NCBI GenBank assembly: GCA_045613265.1
Contig: JAZLAP010000027.1
Coordinates: 1 to 35,095, forward strand
DNA length: 35,095 nt
Direction: 5' to 3'
From: Eubacteriales bacterium
Lineage (GTDB): Bacteria > Bacillota > Clostridia > Oscillospirales > CAG-272
Shown: positions 9,962-20,309 of the stretch, one piece after another
How positions within the stretch are numbered: the stretch's first letter is position 1
How the letters are laid out: every line of letters begins with the position of its first letter
Position numbers and translations under genes: made by a program
Notes under the pieces: generated by a model
What the model was told of the DNA's origin: nothing
Database searches by the model: none
What the model saw: only the letters and a program-made list of their open reading frames with translations

Positions 9962-11035
9962 TTACACGTTCTTTTTCTTCGCAGCCACTTCTTTAATGTA
10001 ATCCACCCACATGTCAATAATACGGTTAAATTCCAACCTGTCGTTGATCTTATACGCCTCTTCGGAGAAGCGGCGGCGCAAGTCTGCATCCTCCGCCAAT
10101 TTGCACAGAGCATTCAAAAAAGCATCCTCATCTCCCACGGGAGTGAGAAATCCGCTCTTACCGTCCTCGATCAAATACGCCGCACCGCCGCCATCGCAAT
10201 CGGTAGCAACAGAGGGCAATCCGCTCGCCATCGCCTCAATAAGAGAATTGGGCATTCCCTCAAAATTTGAAGGAAGCACGTAAATTTTTGCCAGCTTCAG
10301 ATAGTCCAGCACATTTTGCTTGCCAGTAAACACAACGCGGTCAGACAAGCCGTTTTCGGCAACGTATGCCCTAAACTTCGCCTCATCGGGGCCGTCGCCG
10401 ACAAGATACAAACGGTAGTCGTGCTTCTCGGCAAAGCGCTTGAAGGCGCGCAGCAACATGGAAATATTCTTCTGATGATCGTCAAGGCGCGCCGTCAGCA
10501 CCAGATTGTTTTCAGCATCCTCGCGATATAAGTTTTCGTACTTGTTTTCAATAAAATTGGGGATCACCTTGGCACGGCTTTGAATCTTCTTACCAAAGTA
10601 CGCGGCGATCCGATCAGTCTGGAACACAAATCCTGCGGCCTTCGGATACAAAAGTTTCCTTGCTAAGCGAAATTTTTTCGACGGCGGATAGTAACGCGGC
10701 GAATTGCGCTCGCACGCAATAACAGGCACCTTTCGTCCAACCGAACAAAGTGTAAAAACGCTGTTAAATATCCCGAAGCAAACGATCGCATCAATCTTTT
10801 CTTCCTTTGCCGTCTTTCTGATCTTTTTATTGATTTCTATCATATGACGAAGAGTACCCGATCCATTGAATAACGGTAGTTGCTTCACATAATCAAATTC
10901 GGGGTAGGTTTCACTGCAATACACCAAAAAGACCACCAACTCATGCCCTTCTCTATGCAAAGCACTGATAAGATGTCGCGCAATTTTTTCTGCACCGCTA
11001 AAATGCAACTTTCCGATAACAAATCCAATCTTCAT
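9962..11035 (-). CDS. Glycosyltransferase, GT4 (GT-B fold)
   Basis: 357 aa. N-terminus MKIGFVIGKLHFSGAEKIARHL. C-terminal half has PSNFEGMPNSLIEAMASGLPSVATDCDGG, the E-x7-E-like retaining GT4 motif. Confidence 0.85.
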   Translation of the reverse strand: MKIGFVIGKLHFSGAEKIARHLISALHREGHELVVFLVYCSETYPEFDYVKQLPLFNGSGTLRHMIEINKKIRKTAKEEKIDAIVCFGIFNSVFTLCSVGRKVPVIACERNSPRYYPPSKKFRLARKLLYPKAAGFVFQTDRIAAYFGKKIQSRAKVIPNFIENKYENLYREDAENNLVLTARLDDHQKNISMLLRAFKRFAEKHDYRLYLVGDGPDEAKFRAYVAENGLSDRVVFTGKQNVLDYLKLAKIYVLPSNFEGMPNSLIEAMASGLPSVATDCDGGGAAYLIEDGKSGFLTPVGDEDAFLNALCKLAEDADLRRRFSEEAYKINDRLEFNRIIDMWVDYIKEVAAKKKNV

Positions 11036-11052
11036 AACAGTTTAATCCTATA

Positions 11053-11859
11053 TTATTTTCTCTTAGGGAATACCGTGCGCCAGCACTGGCAAACGAAACT
11101 TGCCGTCTTTTTTCCCCACGGCGGAGCCATAAAGCAAAACACGGCTTTGTAAAAAGGGTTCGCGGTAGAACGCTTCTTGAAAAGCTGCTTCAACGTTCTG
11201 TTTTTTGTCGCGTGATCGCCTGTCGTCTCCTCGTTCACTTCATATTGCAGAGAAGATACGCAAAGAATCTTCATTTTCCGCTTTCGCCATGCGCGAATCG
11301 TCCATTCATAATCGCTTCCGTAATGCGGAAGCAGGATGGGATGGAAGCCACCGATCCGTTTCATATCCGATGCGCGAAGAAAAATACTTCTGGTCGAGGC
11401 GCAGTTTCCAAGACTCTCGCCCTCGTTCCCCAACTTTCCGCCACCTTTCAGAAAATCAAAGGTGACCGCGCCGTCAACTTGCTTCCCGGTCTGCTTGCTG
11501 ATGCCGCATCCTGTCAGAATCGTATGCGGATTCTTTTCCAGTATGGCAAGCGCACGCGCGACGTAATCGTCGGGAAACGCCGTATCATCATTTGCAATAA
11601 ATATGTAGTCGGAATCGTCAACATTCGTTTTTACATACTTATACGCCTCATGAAGCGCGCCACCCCACCATAGATTTCCGTTTCCCTGTATGATCTCGGC
11701 ATTGGGAAGCAGACTCTTAACCATCTCCGAGGTTCCGTCTGTGCTTCCGTCATCCACGAGCAAAAGCCTCCACTCCTTCTCGCTCTGCGAAAGAAGTCTC
11801 TTTACAAACGCCTCAGTAATGGCATATCGATTGTGAACGGCAGTTATTACATAAAGCAT
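11053..11859 (-). CDS. Glycosyltransferase, GT2 (GT-A fold)
   Basis: 268 aa. Motifs: VITAVHNRYAITEAFVKRLL, LLLVDDGSTDGT and FIANDDT (DxD-like). Confidence 0.85.
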   Translation of the reverse strand: MLYVITAVHNRYAITEAFVKRLLSQSEKEWRLLLVDDGSTDGTSEMVKSLLPNAEIIQGNGNLWWGGALHEAYKYVKTNVDDSDYIFIANDDTAFPDDYVARALAILEKNPHTILTGCGISKQTGKQVDGAVTFDFLKGGGKLGNEGESLGNCASTRSIFLRASDMKRIGGFHPILLPHYGSDYEWTIRAWRKRKMKILCVSSLQYEVNEETTGDHATKNRTLKQLFKKRSTANPFYKAVFCFMAPPWGKKTASFVCQCWRTVFPKRK

Positions 11860-12011
11860 ATTTTGTTAATAGCATAGCTATCGTTCCGCACATGGGAACG
11901 AAAACTATATTTTCCCTTCTGATTTTTTACATCCGACAGAATCACAAAAGCAGGCGACTGTTATCCTCGCTTTTTCAACATCGGATATGCAAACGACTCC
12001 GTTACCGTTAT

Positions 12012-13127
12012 TCAGCGCTGAAAGCAATCGGTCGCCTCACCGCACAGAATATCTGCGATCCGCTTGCAGGCGAAGCCATCGCCGTAAGGATTTTCTGCAT
12101 GTGCCATCGCGGCATATGCCTTTTCGTCTTCAAGAAGCAACTTGAAGTTGTTATAAATGGTTTCTTCCTCTGTGCCGACAAGCTTCAGCGTTCCCGCGGC
12201 GATACCTTCAGGACGCTCTGTCGTATCGCGCATCACGAGAACCGGTTTTCCGAGCGAGGGTGCCTCCTCCTGAATGCCGCCCGAATCGGTCAGGATCATG
12301 TACGAACGTGCCATAATATTATGGCAATCAAAAACCTCGATCGGATCAATGATGTGAATCCTATCACAACCGCCAAGCTCCTCGCTTGCGGCCTTTCGCA
12401 CGACGGGATTCATGTGAATGGGATACAGCGCTTTAACGTCGGGATGCTCCTCAAGAACTCTGCGGATCGCACGGAACATATTATGCATCGGCTCGCCCAG
12501 ATTTTCACGTCTGTGTGCAGTAATGAAGATCAACCGTCCGCCCTTTGCCCATTCCAGCTCCGGATGCGTATAGTCGTCTCGCACCGTAGTCTTCAATGCA
12601 TCGATCGCGGTATTACCCGTGACCCAGATCGTATCAACCGCCTTGCCTTCCTTGACCAGATTATCCTTCGCTTTTTCCGTAGGAGCAAAATTGTACTGCG
12701 AAATAATCGAAACAGCTTGTCGGTTGAATTCTTCGGGATACGGAGAATAAACGTTATAGGTACGAAGTCCCGCCTCCACATGACCGATCGGAATCTGCAT
12801 ATAGAAGCAAGCCAATGCCGTCACAAACGTTGTTGACGTATCACCGTGAACAAGAACCACATCGGGCTTTTCCTTTTCCAATATGTCACGGATGCCGAGC
12901 AGAATATTGGTCGTTATATCAAACAAGGTCTGCTTATCCTTCATAATCGACAGATCATAATCCGGCGTAACGTGAAAGGTCTCAAGAACCTGATCGAGCA
13001 TCTGACGGTGCTGACCGGTCACACAGACCACCGCTTGCAGGCCGCTCCGCGTTTTCAGCTCATTGACAAGAGGGCACATTTTGATCGCTTCCGGTCGTGT
13101 ACCGAAAACCAACATTACTTTTTTCAT
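12012..13127 (-). CDS. wecB: UDP-N-acetylglucosamine 2-epimerase (non-hydrolysing)
   Basis: 371 aa. Motifs: MKKVMLVFGTRPEAIKMCPL, VLVHGDTSTTF and LTDSGGIQEEAPSLGKPVLVMRDTTERPE. RBS GGAGAG lies upstream. Confidence 0.92.
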   Translation of the reverse strand: MKKVMLVFGTRPEAIKMCPLVNELKTRSGLQAVVCVTGQHRQMLDQVLETFHVTPDYDLSIMKDKQTLFDITTNILLGIRDILEKEKPDVVLVHGDTSTTFVTALACFYMQIPIGHVEAGLRTYNVYSPYPEEFNRQAVSIISQYNFAPTEKAKDNLVKEGKAVDTIWVTGNTAIDALKTTVRDDYTHPELEWAKGGRLIFITAHRRENLGEPMHNMFRAIRRVLEEHPDVKALYPIHMNPVVRKAASEELGGCDRIHIIDPIEVFDCHNIMARSYMILTDSGGIQEEAPSLGKPVLVMRDTTERPEGIAAGTLKLVGTEEETIYNNFKLLLEDEKAYAAMAHAENPYGDGFACKRIADILCGEATDCFQR

Positions 13128-13158
13128 ATTGCTCTCCTTCCGTTCCCATCAAAACAAA

Positions 13159-14379
13159 TCAAATATGATAGACGCCGGGAAGCGGACAGATGTTATGACA
13201 ATCCAGGACGATCTTTCCGTTCAGCTTTTCCATGCTTTCGCGGATCTCACTGTGCTTGACCATGATAACGACGAGGTCAACGTCCGCAAGGAATTCGTCA
13301 AGATCATGATACTGGTTAGCAACAACGTCGGATGTGATGAAAGGATCATATACCTTAAGCGGCTCTGCCAAATGGCGTGCCTGGCTCTCAAGCAACTGAA
13401 GTGTGGGGGATTCGCGCATATCGTCGACGTTTTCCTTGTAGGTCAAGCCGTAAAGTCCGACACGCTTGCAGTCGGTCAGACCGTTTTCCTTCATAATATC
13501 GTGAATACGATTCAGCACAAAGCCCGGCATGCCGTCATTCGTCTTCATGGATTCGTTGATGACGTTCGTAAGCGAAGGATAATCGCCGACAAGAAACCAA
13601 GGGTCGACAGAAATACAATGTCCGCCAACACCGGGACCCGGCTGCAGAATGTTGACACGCGGATGCATGTTGCAGATACGGATGATCTCATAAACGTCCA
13701 TGTTATCGTGGCGGCAGATCTTTGCCAGTTCATTGGCAAACGCAATGTTCACGGCACGGAAGGTATTTTCGACAACCTTAGTCATCTCTGCGGTGCGGAT
13801 ATCGGTAACCACGATGTCCCCCTGACAGAAGGAAGCGTATAGATCCTTCACTCTTTCGCCGACAGCCTTTTCGTCTGCGCCGATCGTACGGTTGTTGTGC
13901 AACAATTCATACACCATGTTGCCCGGAATGATTCTTTCGGGAGCGTGAACCAGATGAATATCCTTGCCGATGACAAAACCATTTGCCTCAATAGCAGGGC
14001 GAACATACTTGTCAATGGTGCCGGGCGAAACCGTAGATTCGATCACAACCGTGGCTCCCTTCGGACAGATATTCATAACACTCTTGACGGCAGAAACCAC
14101 ATATCCGGCATCCACTTTTTTGCTGAAGCTGTCGTAAGGCGTCGGAACAGAAACGATATATGTATCGGTCACCTGATACTCCGTCGAAAACTTGATTCCG
14201 GCTTTGACCGCGTCGGCAAACAGGTCGTCAAGTCCATCCTCCTTGAAGGTCGTCTTTCCTGCATTCAGAGTTGCGACAAGCTCTGCATTGTAGTCGGTAC
14301 CAACGATCTCCACCCCGTGGGAAGCCATCATCAGTGCAGTCGGAAGACCAATGTACCCCAATCCAATTACGTTAACCAT
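13159..14379 (-). CDS. wecC: UDP-N-acetyl-D-mannosamine dehydrogenase (makes UDP-ManNAcA)
   Basis: 406 aa. MVNVIGLGYIGLPTALMMA is the Rossmann motif and GPGVGGHCISVDPWF is the catalytic Cys region. It lies immediately upstream of wecB in the transcription direction, the classical pairing. Confidence 0.88.
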   Translation of the reverse strand: MVNVIGLGYIGLPTALMMASHGVEIVGTDYNAELVATLNAGKTTFKEDGLDDLFADAVKAGIKFSTEYQVTDTYIVSVPTPYDSFSKKVDAGYVVSAVKSVMNICPKGATVVIESTVSPGTIDKYVRPAIEANGFVIGKDIHLVHAPERIIPGNMVYELLHNNRTIGADEKAVGERVKDLYASFCQGDIVVTDIRTAEMTKVVENTFRAVNIAFANELAKICRHDNMDVYEIIRICNMHPRVNILQPGPGVGGHCISVDPWFLVGDYPSLTNVINESMKTNDGMPGFVLNRIHDIMKENGLTDCKRVGLYGLTYKENVDDMRESPTLQLLESQARHLAEPLKVYDPFITSDVVANQYHDLDEFLADVDLVVIMVKHSEIRESMEKLNGKIVLDCHNICPLPGVYHI

Positions 14380-14382
14380 TTT

Positions 14383-15597
14383 TTATTTCTCCTTGTTGTT
14401 ATTATGTTTATGATTGAATTTTTCAATAGCATCCTTCAAAGCGTCGGTATATTGCGCGGCGATGTCCACGTAGGAATAATTCTGCGTTACAAAATCGTAG
14501 GAATTGCTCCGCATCCTTTCATATTCCTCGGTCGGCATATCGATAAGCTTCTGTATCTGCAAACGAAAATCCTCCACGCTTCCGCGATCAAAGCAAAAGC
14601 CGTTTCCGTGCGAGTTTCGTTCCTCGTTTACGTGCCCCTTCTCCGAAATGACGGGACAACCGCAGCTCTGTGCATCGTAAAAGCTCATGCTACACTGCTT
14701 GGCAAAAACCGTAACGTCTGCGATCTGGTAGAAGTAGGGGAGATCCAGATAATTCTGAACCGGGTAATAAAAAATGTGATTTTGGCTGGCGTCAAGCTCT
14801 GCCTTCACCTTCGTTTCGTATTCGCCGCTGAAGTCGGCGACCACCACGACCGCCACCTCCCGGTTGCCGGCAAAACGCTCCTTCACGGTTTTAGCGAAAA
14901 GCATGCCATCCTTCGCCTCGGACATCTTACCCGTCGAAGTGATCACAAAGGTATCCGGCGGAAGGCCCTTCTCCTTCAAGAATCTCGCTTTTGCCTCTCT
15001 GTCCACACTGAACAGCAGAATGTCGGTCCCGAAAGAAATGAAGGGAGCCTGATCCTCGGGAACCCCTAAGTGGCTATGAATATAGTCGTCGTTCTGCGTT
15101 TTGATAACGGTATATCCTTCTCGCTTGATCGTGCTCGTATACAATGCTCTGTATGCAATTTCAAACAACTTGGCAAGCTTGTTTTTACTCGCCATGGCAA
15201 GCATATGCGAATCAAAAATCATAGGGTACTTCCGACGCAGCTTTTTCATTAAATACATTGCCGTCAGTGTCTCGATGCAATGCACCATGATCGCATCGGG
15301 CTTGATCTCATCGATCGCTTTGAGCAAATCCTTTCTATAATAATTTAGTCTGCCCATAATGTAACCTTTTGCCTTGATACGAACAATCTTAACGCCGGTT
15401 TCTTTTTCATAACGCGCATCGTCATTTACAAGATTTTCGCCATATTCGCCAAAAGAGTGATAAACAGGATAAATATATTTTGCTTCCGGCGCAATGATAT
15501 AAACCTCGTTCCCTGCTTTGCATTGAAACTTGGCAAGCGGATTGCACTGATATCCGAAGTTGGGATGAAACGTGTCGTCAACGTGCAGAATTTTCAT
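14383..15597 (-). CDS. Glycosyltransferase, GT4-like
   Basis: 404 aa. N-terminus [17 protein letters not shown]. The C-terminal half has a GT-B donor-binding region ([20 protein letters not shown]). It starts with an ATGA overlap on the upstream gene and ends 3 nt before wecC. Confidence 0.75.
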   Translation of the reverse strand: MKILHVDDTFHPNFGYQCNPLAKFQCKAGNEVYIIAPEAKYIYPVYHSFGEYGENLVNDDARYEKETGVKIVRIKAKGYIMGRLNYYRKDLLKAIDEIKPDAIMVHCIETLTAMYLMKKLRRKYPMIFDSHMLAMASKNKLAKLFEIAYRALYTSTIKREGYTVIKTQNDDYIHSHLGVPEDQAPFISFGTDILLFSVDREAKARFLKEKGLPPDTFVITSTGKMSEAKDGMLFAKTVKERFAGNREVAVVVVADFSGEYETKVKAELDASQNHIFYYPVQNYLDLPYFYQIADVTVFAKQCSMSFYDAQSCGCPVISEKGHVNEERNSHGNGFCFDRGSVEDFRLQIQKLIDMPTEEYERMRSNSYDFVTQNYSYVDIAAQYTDALKDAIEKFNHKHNNNKEK

Positions 15598-16235
15598 TTT
15601 ATATTTTCCACCTTGTTTAAAAATTTTCCGGGAGTGTCAAAAGATTTCGCATATTTCTCAAGCTCTTTTTCCGTCATCTCCCACCACCGGCTTTCGAGAA
15701 GCCTTTCGATTGTCTCATCGTCGAAACGTTTTCGGATGACGCGAGCGGGATTGCCTGCCACGATCGTATACGGCTCTACGTCCTTCGTCACGACGGCGCC
15801 GGCGCCAACAACGGCACCGATTCCCACCGTCACCCCTTGCAGAATGAGGGCGCGGTTTCCGATCCAAACATCATGACCGATTCTGGTTGTTTTGAAGGGG
15901 GAAAACTCTATCTGCGCAAAATTACGCTTTAAAATGTTGCGCCCCTTATTAAAGACAGGAGAAGTGGAAACTGCGGTAAGATCGTGTGCGCCGCCGCCGA
16001 TCGAAACGTTCGATGCGATCGAGCAAAAGCTACCGATCTCGGCGTGAACGACTCCCGCATACGACGAAACGTACGTATATCTGTCGATCCTACTGTAGCG
16101 TACGTTGGCATGGTGTGCGACCGACGAGGTTTTGTCCACCTTCGAATCTACAACCGTCGCCTTGAAGGATATTTTATTGAATAACCGTAATGGATATTGA
16201 AATACTACCCGCAAAAGCTTTTTTATGCGTCCCAT
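15594..16235 (-). CDS. Hexapeptide-repeat (LbH) O-acetyltransferase, XAT/Vat-like
   Basis: 213 aa with left-handed beta-helix repeats ([46 protein letters not shown]). Confidence 0.85.
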   Translation of the reverse strand: MGRIKKLLRVVFQYPLRLFNKISFKATVVDSKVDKTSSVAHHANVRYSRIDRYTYVSSYAGVVHAEIGSFCSIASNVSIGGGAHDLTAVSTSPVFNKGRNILKRNFAQIEFSPFKTTRIGHDVWIGNRALILQGVTVGIGAVVGAGAVVTKDVEPYTIVAGNPARVIRKRFDDETIERLLESRWWEMTEKELEKYAKSFDTPGKFLNKVENIK

Positions 16236-16287
16236 ATGAAGCTCCTATGCTTGTATTTTTTCTTTCAGCATGCACAACCGCGTTGTA

Positions 16288-17589
16288 TCACGCTTTTATT
16301 GTTTCTGCTTTTTTTGTTCCTGACACACTCAGTGTCTGTTCCATAACATGCTTAATCGTGTCCACGTACATGCTGACACATTTGTCCTTGCAAAGCTCCG
16401 TCGTCACATATTCTCTTCCCTTTTTGCCCATGGAAACCGCTGAATCGCGATTGCCGTAAAGCATCCGAATCGCTTCTTTGAAGGACTCGGTATCGCCCGC
16501 AGCGGCATTGACACCGCACCCCACACGATCTACCATATCGCAAAGCTCACTTTTTCTGTCAAAGCAAGCCAAAACAGGACGGGATGCCGCAAGGATGCTC
16601 CAAGTTTTACTCGGTACGGAACTTTCGCCAATCCCCGGCTTGGATATAATCAATCCTGCATCGCCGAGACTGAACACGTGGCTGATCTCGGCATAATCTT
16701 GGAACGGCAACATAATGACATTGTCGATTTTTTCTGCTTCGATAGCTTGTGCTACACTTTCCTTAGCAGCGCCATCACCAACCAAAACGAAACAAAGATC
16801 GGGGATCTCGTCACGCATTTCCTTAGCAACGTCCAGTAATAGCCGCATATTCTGCGAATGACCGATATTTCCGCTGTAGCAAATGTAATACTTGTCGCGA
16901 TCAAGCCCATACCGATTGAACAAAACATTGTCCTTTCGATCAACAGGGTACACGCTTTCGGTGTTCACCCAGTTGGGAATCACAACGATCTTATCCTCGG
17001 GAACGCCCTTTTCCATGATGTTCTGCTTAAATCCCTCGCTGATCACAATGATCTTATCGGCATTTTTATAGGAATAATTCTCAATTTTCCTGCCGATTTT
17101 CCATAGCAAGGAGCCTTTTTTCGTCATTTTGGCATTGACAAGCGAATCGGGAAAAATATCCTGCAGGTTGTAGATAAAGGGTACCCTTCTTCCATACTTC
17201 TCCGAAAGCTTCTTCGCCACCTTACCGCAAAGCATTCCCTGTGTCGGCGGCGTGCTAACGGCAAAAACCGCATCAATATCCTTGTACTTTTTTGCCAACT
17301 GATACTCACGAAGATTGCACCATAAATAACGCAGGGCGCGAATAATGGGATTTTTTCCTTCGCGCGGAGACGAAAAACGATCCACCGTGACGCGACCGTC
17401 GTACATAGTTTCATGTTTAACCTTACGATACGCAAGAGCCTCTTCCTTCGGGATTCCCCTGGAAGGGGTAGGACAAAGCACGGAGATCTCATGACCTGCC
17501 GCAAGGATGCCCTCGATTAGATCCTTTTCCAAGTGAGTGAAGGCGATCACCTCGGGAATGAAATACGCATTGATGAACAAAATTTTCAT
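16288..17589 (-). CDS. Glycosyltransferase, GT4, WbuB-like
   Basis: 433 aa. The MKILFINAYFIPEVIAFTHLEKDLIEGILAAGHEISVL N-terminus is typical of WbuB-type transferases. The start forms an ATGA overlap with the GNAT stop. Confidence 0.8.
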   Translation of the reverse strand: MKILFINAYFIPEVIAFTHLEKDLIEGILAAGHEISVLCPTPSRGIPKEEALAYRKVKHETMYDGRVTVDRFSSPREGKNPIIRALRYLWCNLREYQLAKKYKDIDAVFAVSTPPTQGMLCGKVAKKLSEKYGRRVPFIYNLQDIFPDSLVNAKMTKKGSLLWKIGRKIENYSYKNADKIIVISEGFKQNIMEKGVPEDKIVVIPNWVNTESVYPVDRKDNVLFNRYGLDRDKYYICYSGNIGHSQNMRLLLDVAKEMRDEIPDLCFVLVGDGAAKESVAQAIEAEKIDNVIMLPFQDYAEISHVFSLGDAGLIISKPGIGESSVPSKTWSILAASRPVLACFDRKSELCDMVDRVGCGVNAAAGDTESFKEAIRMLYGNRDSAVSMGKKGREYVTTELCKDKCVSMYVDTIKHVMEQTLSVSGTKKAETIKA

Positions 17590-18200
17590 TTTACTTCTCC
17601 GACGGTATATCTGTACTCGTTCATTTTGCGTTTCTCTCGCGTCTCGTACTCTCGAACCAATACAAAACCGTTCTTCCGATAAAAATGATTTGCCATATCG
17701 TTGTCCACGGCATCCGTTTCCAAGGTAATGTAAGCATATTCGGCAAAATCCACCTCGTCCTTCAGCGCGCCGATCAAAGCACTTCCTACACCCTTGGATT
17801 TGATCTCGGGGTGAACGCCGATCGACGAAAGCTCCACATACTTTTCATCGCGCTTGGCTTCTCCGGGCTTTAAGAAAGCTCGCATAAGCCGCATAAAAAC
17901 CTTTGGTTTTCTCAAAAAAGCGCCAAGACTGTACCATGCGAATGGAATCAAACGGCACTTGATCATATGCTTGTACAATCCACTCATATTAGATGAGTAC
18001 GCTAAAAAACCAACAACCTTCCCTTCGTCATACGCCACGAGAATATCGGATGCCGTATGCGAAACGTAGGAAGCGTACATCTGCCGCAAAAAGCCCCTTC
18101 CCATAAAGGTCAGAAAAAAACCGGGAAATGTCGCCATATGAATATCGACGATCTGTCTAACTGTGTTCTTGTTTACCTTGCATACTTTTTCGATTGTCAT
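17586..18200 (-). CDS. GNAT-family N-acetyltransferase
   Basis: 204 aa. LSSIGVHPEIKSKGVGSALIGAL is acetyl-CoA binding motif A (Q/R-x-x-G-x-G/A type), followed by FYRKNGF. It sits between the aminotransferase/PGT and the first GT. Confidence 0.8.
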   Translation of the reverse strand: MTIEKVCKVNKNTVRQIVDIHMATFPGFFLTFMGRGFLRQMYASYVSHTASDILVAYDEGKVVGFLAYSSNMSGLYKHMIKCRLIPFAWYSLGAFLRKPKVFMRLMRAFLKPGEAKRDEKYVELSSIGVHPEIKSKGVGSALIGALKDEVDFAEYAYITLETDAVDNDMANHFYRKNGFVLVREYETREKRKMNEYRYTVGEVK

Positions 18201-18210
18201 TCCGATATCC

Positions 18211-18960
18211 TTAACGGCCTCCTGCCATCTCCTTCTCTTCTTGCTTAACCGTTGCCTCGTAGTCTCCCTCGTACTTCTTGCCGAGCACGGCGAAGACCGT
18301 CATAAACATCACCTTGATGTCCTTAAAAAAGCCAAAGTCCTCGATCGCCTTCAGGTTGTAGTACATCTTCGCCGGAAGAATGTCCTCAACATACACCTTG
18401 TCGGTATCCTCAGCGGCATCGAGCAGTTCCGCCTCATCCTTGTAGTAAATGCTCGCAAGACTCGTAACCCCTGCGGGAAGCAACAGCGTGGCCATCATTT
18501 CGGGCGTGTAGGCTTCCACATACTTCAATGCTTCGGGGCGTGTGCCCACAAATGTCATCGTGCCGCGAAACACATCGATCAACTGACTGATCTCATCCAA
18601 ACGGCACTTGCGGACAAGCCTTCCGACACGCGTGACTCTCGCGTCTCCGCTGACGGTTACCTGCGATCCTTTGTCTGCATCCTGCACCATCGAGCGGAAC
18701 TTGAAAATGCGGAATTTTTTGTTATACTGCGTCACGCGTGTTTGGCGATAAAACACAGGTCCCTTGCTATCAATCTTGATCGCGATTGCAAGAATCAAAA
18801 ACAAAGGCGACAGCAAAACGAGCATGACCGCCGAAACCACAATATCAAAAGCTCGCTTAAAAAACAAGCTGATACGTTTTTTCTTCAAAACGGCATAATA
18901 CTTGCGGACCTCCTCGGTCTGCATCTCTACGGGAAGCTCCTCCCATTTTTTCAATTTCAT
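18211..18960 (-). CDS. Small monotopic phosphoglycosyl transferase (bacterial sugar transferase, PglC/WcfS-like priming enzyme)
   Basis: 249 aa. Motifs: KRAFDIVVSAVMLVLLSPLFLILAIAIKIDSKGPVFYRQTRV, FRIFKFRSM and RLDEISQLIDVFRGTMTFVGTRPE (Asp-Glu dyad). The start forms an ATGA overlap with the aminotransferase stop. Confidence 0.85.
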   Translation of the reverse strand: MKLKKWEELPVEMQTEEVRKYYAVLKKKRISLFFKRAFDIVVSAVMLVLLSPLFLILAIAIKIDSKGPVFYRQTRVTQYNKKFRIFKFRSMVQDADKGSQVTVSGDARVTRVGRLVRKCRLDEISQLIDVFRGTMTFVGTRPEALKYVEAYTPEMMATLLLPAGVTSLASIYYKDEAELLDAAEDTDKVYVEDILPAKMYYNLKAIEDFGFFKDIKVMFMTVFAVLGKKYEGDYEATVKQEEKEMAGGR

Positions 18961-20183
18961 CCTATGTACTCTCTCACAATTTCCGTATAGTTGCGGATCA
19001 CGTATTCCACCTCGTCGTCGGTAAGGCAGGTATGCAGCGGAAGCGTGATTTCGTTTGCAAAATGCCGATACGCATTCGGATAATCCTTGATGTCAAAGCC
19101 GAGACTCTTGTACGCCGTATGCATGGGGAGCGGCTTGTAATGCACGTTGCAGGCGATGTCGCGCTCTGCCATCTTGATAATGATCGCGTTCCGATCCTCG
19201 ATCGAGATACCGGGAATGCGGGTAATATACAGATGCCCCGAGGATTCATATGCTGCGGTGTAATGGGGCAGCGTTTCCACTCCAATAGGACAGAGCGCTT
19301 CGTCATATCTGCCGATGATTTCCTTCCGTCTCGACAGCATTGCGGGATAACGGCGAAGCTGTGCGAGTCCAATAGCCGCCGCAACGTCGGTCATGTTGCA
19401 CTTGTACCACGTACCGATGATATCGTATTCCCATGCACCGAGCTGCGTCTTTGCAAGCGCATCCTTGCTCTGTCCGTGCAGAGAAAGAAGCTGAAGACGC
19501 TTGTATATATCGGCGTTGTCGATACCGGGAATATCACGCCAGGTCAAAGCACCGCCCTCGGCGGTCGTCAGATTCTTGACCGCATGGAAGCTGAACGAGG
19601 AAAAATCGGCAAGGCTGCCACACATTTTGCCGTCTCTGCTCGCGCCGAACGCATGAGCGGTATCCGCCAGCACGGCGATTCTGCCGAGTGCGGTCTGTAT
19701 TTCGGAGCTTGGGCGGAAGAGAGCCCGTTTTCTTTCCACGATGGCAAAAATGCGGTCGTAATCGCAGGGAATGCCGGCGAGATCCACAGGAATGATCGCC
19801 TTGGTTTTTTCCGTGATCGCATCCTCGAGCGCATCATAATCCATCTCCAAGGATCCAACCTGCGTATCCACAAGAACGGGTGTCGCCCCTACGTGGCAAA
19901 TGACCGAAGCAGAAGCCGTATACGTGTACGCAGAGGTGATCACCTCGTCGCCTTCTGCAACGCCGAGAACGCGAAGTGCCATCTCGGCACAGGCGGTTTG
20001 TGAATTGAGGCAAACGCATTTTTCGGTACCCACGTACGCCGCGATCTGCGCCTCAAGCTTTTTCGTTTTCGGTCCGGTGGTGATCCAACCCGAACGCAAT
20101 GCCTCAGCAACCTCAAGTACCTCGTCTTCCGAAATATCGGGCGGGGAAAAGGGGATGTTCATCATCTTTTCTCTGTCTGCCAT
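18957..20183 (-). CDS. DegT/DnrJ/EryC1-family PLP-dependent sugar aminotransferase (UDP-4-keto-6-deoxy-HexNAc 4-aminotransferase-like)
   Basis: 408 aa. MNIPFSPPDISEDEVLEVAEALRSGWITTGPKTKKLE is a typical DegT N-terminus, and SFSFHAVKNLTTAEGG contains the PLP lysine. The start could instead be ATG 20162 (MNIPF...). Confidence 0.85.
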   Translation of the reverse strand: MADREKMMNIPFSPPDISEDEVLEVAEALRSGWITTGPKTKKLEAQIAAYVGTEKCVCLNSQTACAEMALRVLGVAEGDEVITSAYTYTASASVICHVGATPVLVDTQVGSLEMDYDALEDAITEKTKAIIPVDLAGIPCDYDRIFAIVERKRALFRPSSEIQTALGRIAVLADTAHAFGASRDGKMCGSLADFSSFSFHAVKNLTTAEGGALTWRDIPGIDNADIYKRLQLLSLHGQSKDALAKTQLGAWEYDIIGTWYKCNMTDVAAAIGLAQLRRYPAMLSRRKEIIGRYDEALCPIGVETLPHYTAAYESSGHLYITRIPGISIEDRNAIIIKMAERDIACNVHYKPLPMHTAYKSLGFDIKDYPNAYRHFANEITLPLHTCLTDDEVEYVIRNYTEIVREYIG

Positions 20184-20309
20184 TTTGTCCTACAACCTTC
20201 CAAGCATCAATAAAATTTTCATGGGAGCCGATCCGGTCTGTAGAAAAAAGCCTCCGACTCCCATCTAATTTTCAATCTTTACACACTTTAGCAAACGCAT
20301 GCTGATAAG

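Noticed and set aside
20221-20264. A possible stem in the EPS operon leader (ATGGGAG ... CTCCCAT with a roughly 30-nt interior containing a U6 run on the transcript). I considered it as an antiterminator, riboswitch or attenuator.
   Set aside because: It has only 7 contiguous base pairs and a large unstructured loop. It matches no riboswitch or leader class I know and cannot be supported without covariation data.
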